Assembly: GCA_040437565.1 (NCBI GenBank) | Contig: JBDOQK010000024.1 | Coordinates: 310,001 to 374,000 of the forward strand | Direction: 5' to 3' | DNA from: Albugo candida | Taxonomy: Eukaryota | DNA length: 64,000 nucleotides | Part shown: positions 36,001 to 48,348 of the stretch, in pieces | Position numbering within the stretch: position 1 is the stretch's first letter | Layout of the letters: each line of letters starts with the position of its first letter | Position numbers and translations under genes: made by a program | Notes under the pieces: generated by a model | What the model was told of the DNA's origin: nothing | The model's database searches: none | The model's input: only the letters and a program-made list of their open reading frames with translations

Positions 36001-36126
36001 AATATAGTTTACATAAGCTCAGCAAATTGATCAATGCTCAAAACCTAGGACAAGTAAAGCAAGAATGCTCGATTCTTCCATCGGCAGTCTATCCGAGCGC
36101 CTTATTCAAACCGTCGATCACCTCCC

Positions 36127-38153
36127 ATGAAACATCGATCAAAGAACAAACCAAAGTGCTCATCCTCAGGAGATAAGGCTCAAGTAAAGCATCCCAAAGT
36201 ACAGTCATCCGCTTCATTCTCGCCATTAATCACACCCAACATTTTAAGGTACAAACAATCAAATTAGAAAATCCCTCTCTTACCATCTATTAAGAAATCA
36301 CAAATGCACCAACGTTACCATACTTCCGCAATTTACGAGTTTGGATGCGCTGCTTGAAAACGACATCGAACAAGAGCAAAAAGAAGCGATTCAAAAAGCG
36401 AAAATGCTCAAAATTCAAAAAGAACGAAAATCATTAACCAAAAACACGCGCAAAATCGATACAAACTCAAAAGAATGCGAACTGAAAGCGATAGAAGCTC
36501 ATTTATCGGCGCTGAAAGAAGAAAACGCACAAAACGGCGGTGAGCTCTGCACGCACGAGAACTTTGCGTATGTGTTCAAACCAATGAAACGCGTACGTCT
36601 GCTGTCTTCCAAATGCAAATCTATTGACATTTGCGTGTAGCCGCTCCATTACGTCCCCTTCCGATCCACAAAACAAGAAATTGAGAGCTCCTTCCATTTG
36701 ATTTACAGCGTCATGGAGAGCACCGGTAGGCCTCACACTCAAACTTACTCCATCTGAATTTCGCTTTTCCTTAGACGAACAACAGCTGGCTGCATTTCTA
36801 TGGAGCAAATCGCTTTTCTTCTTTTTCACATGCAAAGGCATCGAGACGGATAGAAAAGTCCCATTTCGAATAAGCAAATGGCTTTATACCACCAGTTCGT
36901 CACACACTTGATACTTGCTGAGCCTCACACGTGCTGAAGTGATCACACACAGAAGCTCACATATTGTCAGAGGATGCTTTAGCAATCTCCTTCTCCTTCT
37001 GTCGTGTACCTTTGGTCCTGTAGAGGTACGAAAAGATCGTGAACAATTCTATTTTCCAGTGACATTGAGTCGTGCTTAAGCGGATTTTGGAACGAGTTCC
37101 AATTGCTATATTCTGTTGGTGTCCGCAAGACGAAAGCCTTCAAAGAAGCCTTCAAACTCGGCTTTGTGGAATGGAATGGCGACCGAGCATTTACGACTTT
37201 CTCGATGCATTCCGAAGTTTTGGCTTTCAAGACGGCAAAGGATCCATGGTAACGCGGTCCAAACGAGAAAAACTCACTGAAAAAGCCTCAGCAATACCCT
37301 GGCCGATGCTGAATATGCAGTACCTCATGTTATTTCTCCTTTTATGTCTTCGTGCCAAGTGAGTCGACGAGCAATCAAACCCACCAGTCTTACAATTTTT
37401 GTGTGCAGAGTGCTTCCTATGGATGCCTATGATGCATTCAGCTTCACACTCTTTCTTCTCAAAATTCACTTTGAGCCACATATTCACGCACAAATTCACC
37501 AGCTCGCCTTGCTTTGCATCGAATCTATTCTGGAGTTATTTTCGTCAGAAGAGTGGATCGCAGAATGGGCGCCTTCGCTGATTTTGAGAATAGTTGGCAA
37601 AGACGGTTTGTTTGATACGCTGACGGAATGGCTGGCGGTGACTCGATGCTTCCCGCACACCACCCGAGGACTCGAATTGAAATCTACGTTGGCAGTGTAC
37701 GTTTTGGAGCGTCAATTGGGGATCTCGGTAGGCAAACAGTGAATGGATTATCTGACTCACAAGCGTGCTGATGCGTAGTGTTCCAAAAGAGTTGTGATTC
37801 CATTGTCGGCCGAATACGTCCTACAAATTGTCAACAGAGTCGTCGAAGAAACTCGCAACGACAGCCACAAAGAACCATCAAACTCGCTTGTCGTTTGGGA
37901 CAATCTCTGCAAGAAAGTAGCTTTCATGGATTTCGCATTGCAAGCCATTCCAGATGCTCCAATTCGGAAAGAAGTCAAAGCTCTCATAAAACGATTGGAT
38001 TTGATTGTTCTTACTACAAAATCGACAATGAATGCGAAATGGTATGAGGTGCGTAGATCGTTGTATCATAGTCGCATTATTGAAGCTTTGGTCTGCCAGC
38101 TAAAGACCCTAGTGACGTTGATGCATCGCAAATACTCGATTCTTGGTTCTTGA
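36127..38153 (+). CDS. SLF2/FAM178/Nse6-like (CANIN-domain) SMC5/6 loader candidate, multi-exon
   Basis: Spliced peptides SLDALLE, ISKWLYTT|MITHRSSHIV, WRPSIYDFLDAFRSFG, PMLNMQYLMLFLLLC, WLAVTRCFPHTTRGLELKSTLAV and LKTLVTLMHRKY are colinear with CANIN-domain motifs as I recall them from SLF2. Confidence 0.6.
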
Positions 38154-38175
38154 TCTCTGGAATGTAAATACTAAG

Positions 38176-40416
38176 CTAGGCGAAACATCCATACTGCTTT
38201 TGTAGCGCTAATTCTTGAAGCTGTTGCTGGTTCACATCGTTTGCTAGCCTCGTTAATCGAGATTCCAAGCCTTTTGTCTCCAGTGCAGCCAAGTGTTCAA
38301 AAGAAGACCGCTCCATGTTGACATTTTTCATTTGAGCAATTGTTTCGTTCAAAGCTTTCTGCGCAGTGTTTGCTCGAAGCATCAGACCAGCACGAAGGAT
38401 ATGGAGACGCTCTTTCAGCTTTTGTGCACGTTTTGCCAAAGCGGAGTCGAATTCTCGAAGGTCTTTCCACTCTGCTTTGAGAGCACGAACACAATCTTCC
38501 TCCGACTCGGCAAAGGCGAATTGGATGCTACGAGCTTGCTCATCACGCGTAAGCTGTCGTAATTGATACTCGTTCCAAATCTGATCGGTCAACGTCGTGT
38601 CCACTTCCATCCACGCGTCTCGATAGTGACCCAGTGTCGTCTCAAGTTGTATGAGCTTTTCAGCTTCAGCGAGAGCTTTGTCCGAGATCTCTTCTACTTG
38701 AATCAATTGTCCTCGTTTTTTTTTCTCCAGGCTCTGAATCGGATGCTGAACGATGTCATTGGCAATCATCTGATACAATTCATTTTTAACCGCCTCGAGA
38801 TTTTCATTCACGAGCTCGCGCTTCACTTTATTCGGTCGCGGAAGGGCTCGTTGGACAGCTTGACTTTGTCGCTGGAATTCGAGCTGATCAAGTAATTCCT
38901 GTCGCTTACGCATTTGTGCATCCACTTCTCCAGCATCCTCTTCCATGACGCTTTTTTCTTTCACATCGGTCCCACTTGCAAGCTTTGGAATGTTGATTTC
39001 GTACTCATTTTGAGGCGTTGGAAGATCAGAGAATCCAGTATGAAGCTCATTTTTCGTCACTTTAAGACGCATTCGTTCGGCTCTCGAGTCTATACCCATT
39101 CCTTCCAATTGCTCAGGATTGATGCCCAATTCGTCTCGTAGTGGTGTTCGTGTCGAACGGATGGAGCGTTGTACTGAAGTCGGAGTTCGTAATGGGGTCA
39201 CACCGGCGTACCCTGTGCCATCTTGTAAGACAACATTCTCGCCTCCAAGCAAAGGCGTCGCAGCTCGCGTCATAGCTGCCAAGTTGGCGGCTTCCTGCAT
39301 GACCATGTCTTGTGTCGATTTTCCACGTGATTCATTTCTCTCAGCAGGAGTTTGTAGCGATAGTGGAGTTGGATCATAGTTACCAACCAGCGTTCTGGTC
39401 TCATTTTGCGACTCCAACGCTAAGGAAGCAGCATGAGAAGCTTGCATTCCGAGCTTTGCCATTTCTGCCAAATCCTCATTCGATACAACTGGCTCTGGAA
39501 GTGTGAGTGGCTTTCTCTTGATCGAGTTGATGGGATCATTCCGCTCATTGACAGCTGCCAAAACTTGAGGCAAATTTGACTTCATCAAGCTTTTTTGCCG
39601 TTTAGCATCTTGTCTGCGTTCTTTTCTCTCCTGTTGATCTCTTCGATTCAATTCCATTTGACTCAAATGCTTTGCAGCTTCTTTCGGATTAAGTGCACGA
39701 TTATTTTTCGCCGACATTTGCTCTTCAGTTGTATCGTGAAATCCTGCGGGAATTTGCTTATAAAACGGTATCTCACGCGCATAATCGATAAATTTCCGCT
39801 TTCTCCGAAGAGCATCGAGCCTCGATATCGATGCGATGCCAGCAGCTTTCAATTCTCTTCGTTTCTGCAATGAAGCAAGTCTTCTCGCTTCTTCGAGCTG
39901 TTTCTCACGAGCTTTACGTTTTGCTTTCTTCCCTTTCGTATTCGCGAGCCTTGCTCTCGCTTCAGACAGCATTTCCTTCTCATCTTCGTCCATATCGACA
40001 GGATCCGGTCTCGCGGGTTTATTTTCAGGATTTGGATCGATTTCTCCCGGTCGTAGGCGTCGAGGATCTTCGCTGAGTTGGATGCCTTCTTTCTGCTGTG
40101 CTGCATCGAGTAAGTGCTCATAGTGCTCCATACATTGCGCAGCAGTTCTTCCGACGATAGGGGCGATTGTGCGCCATTGAGAGGGCATCAATTTCGCTAA
40201 ATGGAGGAGTTTTTCTTCTTCCTCGCGACTCCATTCGGTTTTCTTGATGGACGGATCCAACCATTCGTACCAGCGCGCTTTGCATTGTTTAGCGGATTTA
40301 CGCGACAGGAGGGAGGCGACACGAGCCCATTGATTCTTCCCGTACTTCATGACTGCAGCTTTGAGGATCTCATCCTCCGTGTTCTTCCACACGCCGCCTT
40401 TGATCATTATCTGCAT
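38176..40416 (-). CDS. CDC5L: Pre-mRNA splicing factor CDC5L/Cef1
   Basis: IKGGVWKNTEDEILKAAVMKYGKNQWARVASLL, two Myb repeats, RPDPVDMDEDEKEMLSEARARLANTKGKKAKRK. Confidence 0.97.
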   Translation of the reverse strand: MQIMIKGGVWKNTEDEILKAAVMKYGKNQWARVASLLSRKSAKQCKARWYEWLDPSIKKTEWSREEEEKLLHLAKLMPSQWRTIAPIVGRTAAQCMEHYEHLLDAAQQKEGIQLSEDPRRLRPGEIDPNPENKPARPDPVDMDEDEKEMLSEARARLANTKGKKAKRKAREKQLEEARRLASLQKRRELKAAGIASISRLDALRRKRKFIDYAREIPFYKQIPAGFHDTTEEQMSAKNNRALNPKEAAKHLSQMELNRRDQQERKERRQDAKRQKSLMKSNLPQVLAAVNERNDPINSIKRKPLTLPEPVVSNEDLAEMAKLGMQASHAASLALESQNETRTLVGNYDPTPLSLQTPAERNESRGKSTQDMVMQEAANLAAMTRAATPLLGGENVVLQDGTGYAGVTPLRTPTSVQRSIRSTRTPLRDELGINPEQLEGMGIDSRAERMRLKVTKNELHTGFSDLPTPQNEYEINIPKLASGTDVKEKSVMEEDAGEVDAQMRKRQELLDQLEFQRQSQAVQRALPRPNKVKRELVNENLEAVKNELYQMIANDIVQHPIQSLEKKKRGQLIQVEEISDKALAEAEKLIQLETTLGHYRDAWMEVDTTLTDQIWNEYQLRQLTRDEQARSIQFAFAESEEDCVRALKAEWKDLREFDSALAKRAQKLKERLHILRAGLMLRANTAQKALNETIAQMKNVNMERSSFEHLAALETKGLESRLTRLANDVNQQQLQELALQKQYGCFA

Positions 40417-40794
40417 GGCGAAGAAACTTTGTGCAAAATAGAGTGGTACGATCTGAAATAAGGATAATCAAGTTTAAGAAAAGACATCTATTGTATCCGG
40501 CATTAATGTGTACCCCGTTAATGCAGAGTGATTGGCTCTATGCTCTATGACATGCTACTTGACAATGTGCCNNNNNNNNNNNNNNNNNNNNNNNNNNNNN
40601 NNNNNNNNNNNNNNNNNNNNNNNNNNNNNNNNNNNNNNNNNNNNNNNNNNNNNNNNNNNNNNNNNNNNNNNTACCCCGTTAATGCAGAGTGATTGGCTCT
40701 ATGCTCTATGACATGCTACTTGACAATGTGCCGGCCGATCGGTGTGGCTATCCCAAAAGATCATAGATCACACGATACCCTTGACGGGTAGTGT

Positions 40795-43700
40795 TTATCC
40801 TCTGTTGTGCATATTCTTTTGTTTCCGCCGAATTTTTATAAAACTCGCCTGTAGCTTTTGCCAAATAGAAGCTGGTGAAGCCGGTACTGCATCTTTAGCA
40901 GCTCGATCGCGCCAGAAAGGGTTCAAAGAGACTCTGGAATGAGAGGGTACGGTCGCTTTTGCCCAACTTTGAGGAGAATAGCAATAATCTAGCGCCAATC
41001 TCTGTCCAAAGTGTAAGCGTTGCTACAGAGACAATTGAGAATTTGAATCAATCGGACGGATGGCACTCACTTTTTCAAAGATTTCGTACACGTAATCCAA
41101 AGAAAGACCCAAAGAGTTTGCGAGCCCGATTTGAAGACTAATTTAGTCGAGATGATGAGCCGTAAGGCGTAAGACGTAAGCCGAGGGTAACACGTCATTA
41201 CCTTTTTTCCACGGGTGGAATGGATGCGCTATTTTTGCTTCCGTACGACACGCAGCGCTGCGTTCGGAACGAGAGATTGTACTCAGAATGCGGCTGATAC
41301 GAAAACTTGACACAACGCTCATACACGTGGCGATACACTGCTTCTGCCAGAGAATGGACTTCGATATCGCGATCTTCACATAGTGAATGGGATTCAACAA
41401 AGCGATGCCACTAGTATACATAAGAATATCAGAATCGGGGTATAGCTCACGTAGAATCGATACTTTTCGACCTCGAGTAGCGTTTCTTCGGCAGTATAAA
41501 GCTGGAGGAATGGGTGTGCTAATAATTCTTCGGCTGATGGTCGCTTCTCGGGATCGATTTGCAAACACTAAACAGAGTTTGGTGATATACATCTCGATTT
41601 GGATTGCAATCAGCTAACCTGTCGGGCGAATTCACGGCATTCTTGGCCAAATTGATCGCTTGGAAGCTCTAAAAATTGTTCATTTGCCACCTAAAAATGC
41701 GGAGTCAGACGACCACATAAGCATTGATCGATAGCACAAACCGAGTCTACAAGTCCGAAAAAGCCGTCCTGAGTGGAGAGTGGGTATTTGCCGAGAGCCA
41801 CAGACACGAACGCTAATCCAAAGGACCATATATCAGCAGGATACGAGTAATCCCCTCCGCCAATCCGTTCAGGAGCCATATATAACAGCGTTCCGACAAA
41901 GCTCTTCATTTTCGTCACGTTCTCGTTCAGAGTGGTTGCCAGACCAAAATCGGAAATTTTGACTTCTCCTCGACGATTTGCCAATAGATTGTGAGGTTTG
42001 ATGTCACGATGAACCATTCGTTTCTTATGAATGTGTGACAGGCCTTTTAGTATACCAATTGCAAGTCGTGCAAGAACTTTTTCGCTTTGGCATCCGCCGC
42101 GTAATACAATATCTTGCAATGATCCTGCACCCATGTATTCCATCACGAGACCAATGCAATTCTTCGGACGATCCACAAAAGCGTCGTAAAAAGACACGAT
42201 ATGTGGGCTGGCCCTTGCGATAACACTCATAAGGATCCGTGACACAGCATTCAACAACGAGCGATGTACATACTCACTCGGTCGGGGACGAGCATCCATG
42301 CAGGCGCTCGTATTAATAGGAACTAAATTTGAGTATAAAGCATGCAATTCCCGCACCATTTGCTTTCGTTGACCTCGTCCATACACGGATACTTCCTGCA
42401 CAGCACTTTAAAATGCTTCCTTTCAACAGTAAACTACGCACCTTGACGGCAATAACTTTAAGTGTTGGTACATGAATGGCTTTGTATACGACGCCTGATG
42501 CTCCTCTTCCGATTTCACGAACTCGTTCCAAGTTCTCTTGCAAATGGAGACACGCAGAGTCAGGAGATGATATTCCTGCTTCCGAAATCGCCACACTCTC
42601 CGTCGTAAACATTCCATGATTTGGCGAGTACGCACTTTGTCTTCCCTCACTACCTAGAAAATGATCATGATGAGCAATTGAGTGTCGATAAACAAGCCGC
42701 GAGACCGTTTGGCGATGGCAAATCAGAGTCTCCTCCTGAGCTATACGTTCGGAGTGTCATCTTCATCATCGCCTGCTGAGCTGCTGATGTCGTTTGATCA
42801 TCTGCTTGTCCCTCCATTTGCATATCTTGAATTGCTTTACGCTCGAAAATCAAACGATTAGCTGCTTTCTGAGCGCGTTGTTCTGCTTGCTGGGAAGTAG
42901 GCATATTTTCGAGTTTCAGACGAAGTTGTGGTCGCTTTGGAGGTGAATCATATGAAGTGTTCAACTCAATTTTCGTGTCATTTCCTTCCAGTAGCTCGTT
43001 CGAGAACGCTTGTATTGTAGATTCGAATGCATCAGCGTAGTTCAATGAGGTCTTCCTAATCACCTTCCTATCCATCCAGTCGGCTTTCCACATTTTCACC
43101 TCCTTTATTCGAAGATCTCGCGGATTAACATCGGGGAAAATGTTGACCATTGCGACATCGTCAGGCTACCGATATAGCAGAGAATCAGAATGGAGTGGGT
43201 ATAGGGATAAGAAGGAGATACCGTCAGCGGACAAAGATTTGGCGCAGAAAGCGAGCGTGAGCGCATTGCAAAGACTGGATACTCTGCCGAAAGCATCGTA
43301 TTGTTTTCTCGTTTGAGCTCTTTCAGAGCGGGACGAGAAATTTGTTTCTTTGGAGTGAAGGGCGAAGACTGCAAGTTTGTGTTTGTAGCATTGTCTTTGG
43401 CCTCTCTAATATCATTGGAATACCGAGTTAATTTTGGATGATTTATAGAGGAGGTTTTTGTAGCTCCAAGGGATTGTTNNNNNNNNNNNNNNNNNNNNNN
43501 NNNNNNNNNNNNNNNNNNNNNNNNNNNNNNNNNNNNNNNNNNNNNNNNNNNNNNNNNNNNNNNNNNNNNNNNNNNNNNTGCTTCCTTTCAACAGTAAACT
43601 ACGCACCTTGACGGCAATAACTTTAAGTGTTGGTACATGAATGGCTTTGTATACGACGCCTGATGCTCCTCTTCCGATTTCACGAACTCGTTCCAAGTTC

Positions 43701-44779
43701 TCTTGCAAATGGAGACACGCAGAGTCAGGAGATGATATTCCTGCTTCCGAAATCGCCACACTCTCCGTCGTAAACATTCCATGATTTGGCGAGTACGCAC
43801 TTTGTCTTCCCTCACTACCTAGAAAATGATCATGATGAGCAATTGAGTGTCGATAAACAAGCCGCGAGACCGTTTGGCGATGGCAAATCAGAGTCTCCTC
43901 CTGAGCTATACGTTCGGAGTGTCATCTTCATCATCGCCTGCTGAGCTGCTGATGTCGTTTGATCATCTGCTTGTCCCTCCATTTGCATATCTTGAATTGC
44001 TTTACGCTCGAAAATCAAACGATTAGCTGCTTTCTGAGCGCGTTGTTCTGCTTGCTGGGAAGTAGGCATATTTTCGAGTTTCAGACGAAGTTGTGGTCGC
44101 TTTGGAGGTGAATCATATGAAGTGTTCAACTCAATTTTCGTGTCATTTCCTTCCAGTAGCTCGTTCGAGAACGCTTGTATTGTAGATTCGAATGCATCAG
44201 CGTAGTTCAATGAGGTCTTCCTAATCACCTTCCTATCCATCCAGTCGGCTTTCCACATTTTCACCTCCTTTATTCGAAGATCTCGCGGATTAACATCGGG
44301 GAAAATGTTGACCATTGCGACATCGTCAGGCTACCGATATAGCAGAGAATCAGAATGGAGTGGGTATAGGGATAAGAAGGAGATACCGTCAGCGGACAAA
44401 GATTTGGCGCAGAAAGCGAGCGTGAGCGCATTGCAAAGACTGGATACTCTGCCGAAAGCATCGTATTGTTTTCTCGTTTGAGCTCTTTCAGAGCGGGACG
44501 AGAAATTTGTTTCTTTGGAGTGAAGGGCGAAGACTGCAAGTTTGTGTTTGTAGCATTGTCTTTGGCCTCTCTAATATCATTGGAATACCGAGTTAATTTT
44601 GGATGATTTATAGAGGAGGTTTTTGTAGCTCCAAGGGATTGTTTAGTTTTATACGTAGAAGATTTAGATAAAGAAGACGATCGAGATGCTATATCATGAT
44701 TCATATTGTCAGTAATGGATGCGTTCGCCGCGGCAGAAGTCATCGAAATCGATGATCGCATGCTTGTGTCCGGCAGCAT
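40795..44779 (-). CDS. STE7-family MAP kinase kinase, multi-exon (42414-43478 is an artefactual duplicate of 43579-44643)
   Basis: IGRGASGVV, VIAVK, MEYMGAGSL, HRDIKPHNLL, KISDFG, SFVGTLLYMAPERI, DIWSFGL. Further spliced exons CLQIDPEKRPSAEELLAHPF ... end in KNMHNRG-stop at 40795. Confidence 0.85.
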
Positions 44780-45419
44780 TATGAAGACGAGTACTATACA
44801 CTAGCTCAATAGTAGACTGTAACGGATTGAGGACTACGACCTCGCGTTCCTTTCTCCTTCACACGTAATGCATTAATGCGTTCTGAAGAACGTTGCTGTG
44901 CATTGAAGAACTGCGTACTGTCCATAAAAGTAGAGATGAAGCTAATAGTCAGCATTTCCTTTTTTCAGTGAAAACACGATGGACGGGATGAAAAAAAAGG
45001 ATACTTTTCGAGCTCATTCTTAGTACAATTTCTTGCTGCACAGCAAAGAGCTAAATTCTATACATTTTTCAAGATACAAAGTTGCCTCACGAAGAGAAAT
45101 TTAGCCAGCGACTTCAAAAAAAGTAGTCAGTTGTCTACTTCCATACTGACTTTGAAGCAGTCGCGTAAAAATTCTCGAGCTAACCCGATACGGTGCTGCT
45201 TGTATCCAAAGTCAAGTCGGATCTGTGGGGGTGAATGGATTCTCGCTGATTCTTTTTTCGAATTTCGAAAAAGCTGGGAGGAATCACGCACTTTCTATTC
45301 ACTAAAGGCGAAGTATCTGCAGCATCAACTCGCGTCAAAAGCTTTTCAAAGGCCGAGAATGCTCAGAATTCTCGAACGCACTCACTCTCGTCCAAAATCG
45401 AGTCATCAGAACATCAAGT

Positions 45420-45437
45420 TGTCATTTTATAATTTGC
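45420..45437 (+). promoter_or_regulatory. Oomycete INR+FPR core promoter element upstream of the CBEL-like gene
   Basis: TCATTTTATAATTTGC fits the oomycete consensus TCATTYBNNNWTTY, ~45 nt before the ATG at 45465. Confidence 0.55.
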
Positions 45438-45464
45438 AATCAACCAAAAGTCAAATCGACAAGT

Positions 45465-46139
45465 ATGCTCCTCTCGTCCAATTTCCTCTCAATCTTGCTT
45501 GTTGCACGATTATTCCAGGTCGGGGCCGCCCGAGAGCCTCAATGTCAAGCTGTCGTTCTTCCCGATATGGATTTCACTGGAGATGACCTCATGCACATTG
45601 CCCGGATTGACCAATCAGTCTGTTGTGAGACTTGTTACAATTATGCACAATGCACAGCGTATACATTTGTGGAAAATGAGAATGGAACTTCGCTCTGCTA
45701 CTTAAAATCGGGTTCAGACAATCGAAAACCGAAAGAAGGCGCAATCTCTGCTATTGTGAACAAAAACATGACATCGTCATGTCCGAATATGCTTGGTGGC
45801 ACTTGTGCGGACGAGACGCATTGCTGTCAACAAGGATACTGTTTCCCGAATGGAAATATCATTTTCAGCTGTCTTCTACCGCCAGCAAAATGCTCTTCTC
45901 AGATGACAAATTATGATCTACCTGGTAACGATCTGCAGCAAGCAATGTATGGGATCTCGCCAGATACGTGTTGTGATGTATGTGCCTCAACATCAGGATG
46001 TGTCGCGTATACTTATGTGACCGGAGAAACAGGATGTTATTTGAAGAAATCGCTTGGCGAGAAGGTGTGGAAAGTAGGAGCAGTGACAGGTTTCGTGACT
46101 GCAACTCCCCCAGTCATGGAAAATCCGAGTTTGCAGTAG
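45465..46139 (+). CDS. Secreted CBEL-like protein (signal peptide - PAN/Apple - degenerate CBM1 - PAN/Apple)
   Basis: Hydrophobic N-terminus; two PAN modules (D.TGDDL...CCETC....QCTAYT...CYLKS; DLPGNDL...CCDVC....GCVAYT...CYLKK) and a Cys-rich CBM1-like linker. Confidence 0.85.
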   Translation: MLLSSNFLSILLVARLFQVGAAREPQCQAVVLPDMDFTGDDLMHIARIDQSVCCETCYNYAQCTAYTFVENENGTSLCYLKSGSDNRKPKEGAISAIVNKNMTSSCPNMLGGTCADETHCCQQGYCFPNGNIIFSCLLPPAKCSSQMTNYDLPGNDLQQAMYGISPDTCCDVCASTSGCVAYTYVTGETGCYLKKSLGEKVWKVGAVTGFVTATPPVMENPSLQ

Positions 46140-46397
46140 CCCTTTACTCAATTTTGTTGCTAATCAATACACTCAATAAAGAGGAGATATCGCGACACCT
46201 TTCTATGTCAAAACACTTTGATTCAAAACTTTTCTACGAGCTGTTTTACGCGATAGAAATCCCATGCTTCTGAATGCTGCAGCCCGCACCTTCCCGGGCT
46301 ACCTGGGTGCTCTCATACATTCTGTTGCATCAGGTATGATGATACGTGCTTCGCGTATAATTATAAGTCGAAACGTCACTGGGCCGAACAAATCCTG

Positions 46398-48348
46398 ATG
46401 CAGCCTTCACGCCCGCTGGACGTTGTGTATGGTAAGAACAGCGTACTTAGGCTTTTAGCTCCAACCTCGACAATACTGCATGTTAGATCCATTGTATACG
46501 ACCAATACGTCTCACAGTAAATACCAAGGACATAAACGGAATGGGGTGGCAACAAAGCGACCAATTTCTGCCAAGAACAATTCCAATCTTGTTTCGGGTC
46601 CAGAGCGTCACAGATACTTTTGCCGCCCTGTTCTCCCTCATTTACGAGCAGAACCTCCAGAGGTACTATATGCCTCAGCACAAGATCCACGCAGCGATGT
46701 GGGCGTCTCTGAGGATCGACCAATTTCGACGCGGTCCATTGGCATGCAGACAATGTATCGAGATTCTCAAGCGCAAACGGACCCATTCTCTCCCGAGTAC
46801 ACATTGCAGGAGGGTGTGGCTCCGGAAATTGAGTCTCTTACGAGTCTACGATACCGCAAAGGCCTTCCGGTTACTCAGGCTGAGATGCGCTTGATTGAGC
46901 ATAATAGAAAGAAGAAAGCTTTGAGGAAGGTACTACCTCCAATGTCGGATGAAGCCTCTCTGGTACTTCGAAAGCGCATGATGGAGGCGCAAGAACTTAT
47001 GGACATGAGATTTCGAGAGAGCGAAATTGATGAGGCTCATGCTCGTCGTATTGAAGCGTTGAAAATATCGTTGGTTGAACGGCAAAAACAGAGCGATGTT
47101 GTAAGCGCGAAGCGTATGAAAAAACTCGAACAAAAATTAATGGCTGAGAAGGAATCCGTAATGATGAAAACCCAGCACGAACGCATTAAAGAACTTCGGA
47201 AGATCGCGAACAAGCGACAACGTTTGCAAAATCTGATATTCCAAGAAAACAAAAAACGAGACCTCATCGAGGAATATGCTGATTACGCTTCCCCGGTATA
47301 CGCTCCGCAGATGCGAAATGGAAATTTGATTAGAAAGTCTCCAGTTCCAGATGTTCAGTTCACGGATCATCAGCTCACGACGGTGGAAGGTTTGAAAGAG
47401 CTTGAGAAACAACTTCTTACAAGTTCGCCTAAATACCAACTTATGAAGGGGGCTCTCTTCGATAAAAAGGGCCGAGATCAACAAACAATAGAGACACATC
47501 TTATCAAGGCGGACAGAGCTATCAACAAATCACCCTTCCAAGAAATTGAGAGCGTATCGTCATGTCATCACTCCTTCACACGACATCACCGAGCGGTTCA
47601 AAAACGACCATCGACCCCAGATTATGCGTCTCAAATCGCTGAATCAGAAGACGAAGTCAACGCGTTGAGACTGTTACAGCGTCTCATTCGTGGCCGTGCG
47701 GTTCAAAATACGATGTACGAGGGAAAACAACGGCGAGCCGAACTGATCGCAGAACTCCGTGAAAGTGACCAAGCCGGACGTTATCTTTCGGGTAGCTTCC
47801 AAGTAGAAGCAGAGGAAACAGAAATCACCAAATGTGCTTTCTCAAAGGTCGAGGGCGAAGTTGTGTCCGAAATGCTTGATGTGCTACAAAAAGAGCTAAT
47901 TCGTAACAAAGAAATCGAAAAAGTAAAGGAATTTGCACAAAAAGCCGCAGAAGATCGTCACCAAAGAGAAATAGAGGAAGGAGCACGGAGGCAATTGGAA
48001 GATCTCGCACGTGCTCGTCACGACCACATGTTTTCTTTTGTCACAAAGGTGCATCAGAGCACTGCTGACGATTATCTCGACAACATCGTGGAACATGCTG
48101 TTGAGGAGTTATCTCACCGAGACTTGGTCATACAATCAATTGTTATGACAAATGTGATAGAGCCCATTCTGAGCAAAGTGGAGGAGAAAAACTCGGAGGA
48201 TTTGATTGTGAAAGATTTGGTATCGTCGCTTTTATTTCCGACTGTGCGAAATCGTCATTCAAAGCGTCAAGCAGAGTCAGAAATGCGTAAATACACAGCA
48301 GCCACTCAATCAGTCGTGGTAGAATTATTACAAGCGATGGGGATCTGA
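46398..48348 (+). CDS. CFAP91: Cilia/flagella-associated protein 91 (MAATS1/FAP91)
   Basis: Exon 1 MQPSRPLDVVY|DPLY (intron ~46432-46486), RYFCRP, GMQTMYRDSQAQTDPFSPEY, YADYASPVYAPQMRNG, LQRLIRGRAVQNTMYEGK. Confidence 0.85.

Noticed and set aside
42414-44643. Apparent tandem duplication of the MAPKK N-terminal exons
   Set aside because: The copies look identical and directly flank a 100-N gap; this is an unmerged contig overlap.
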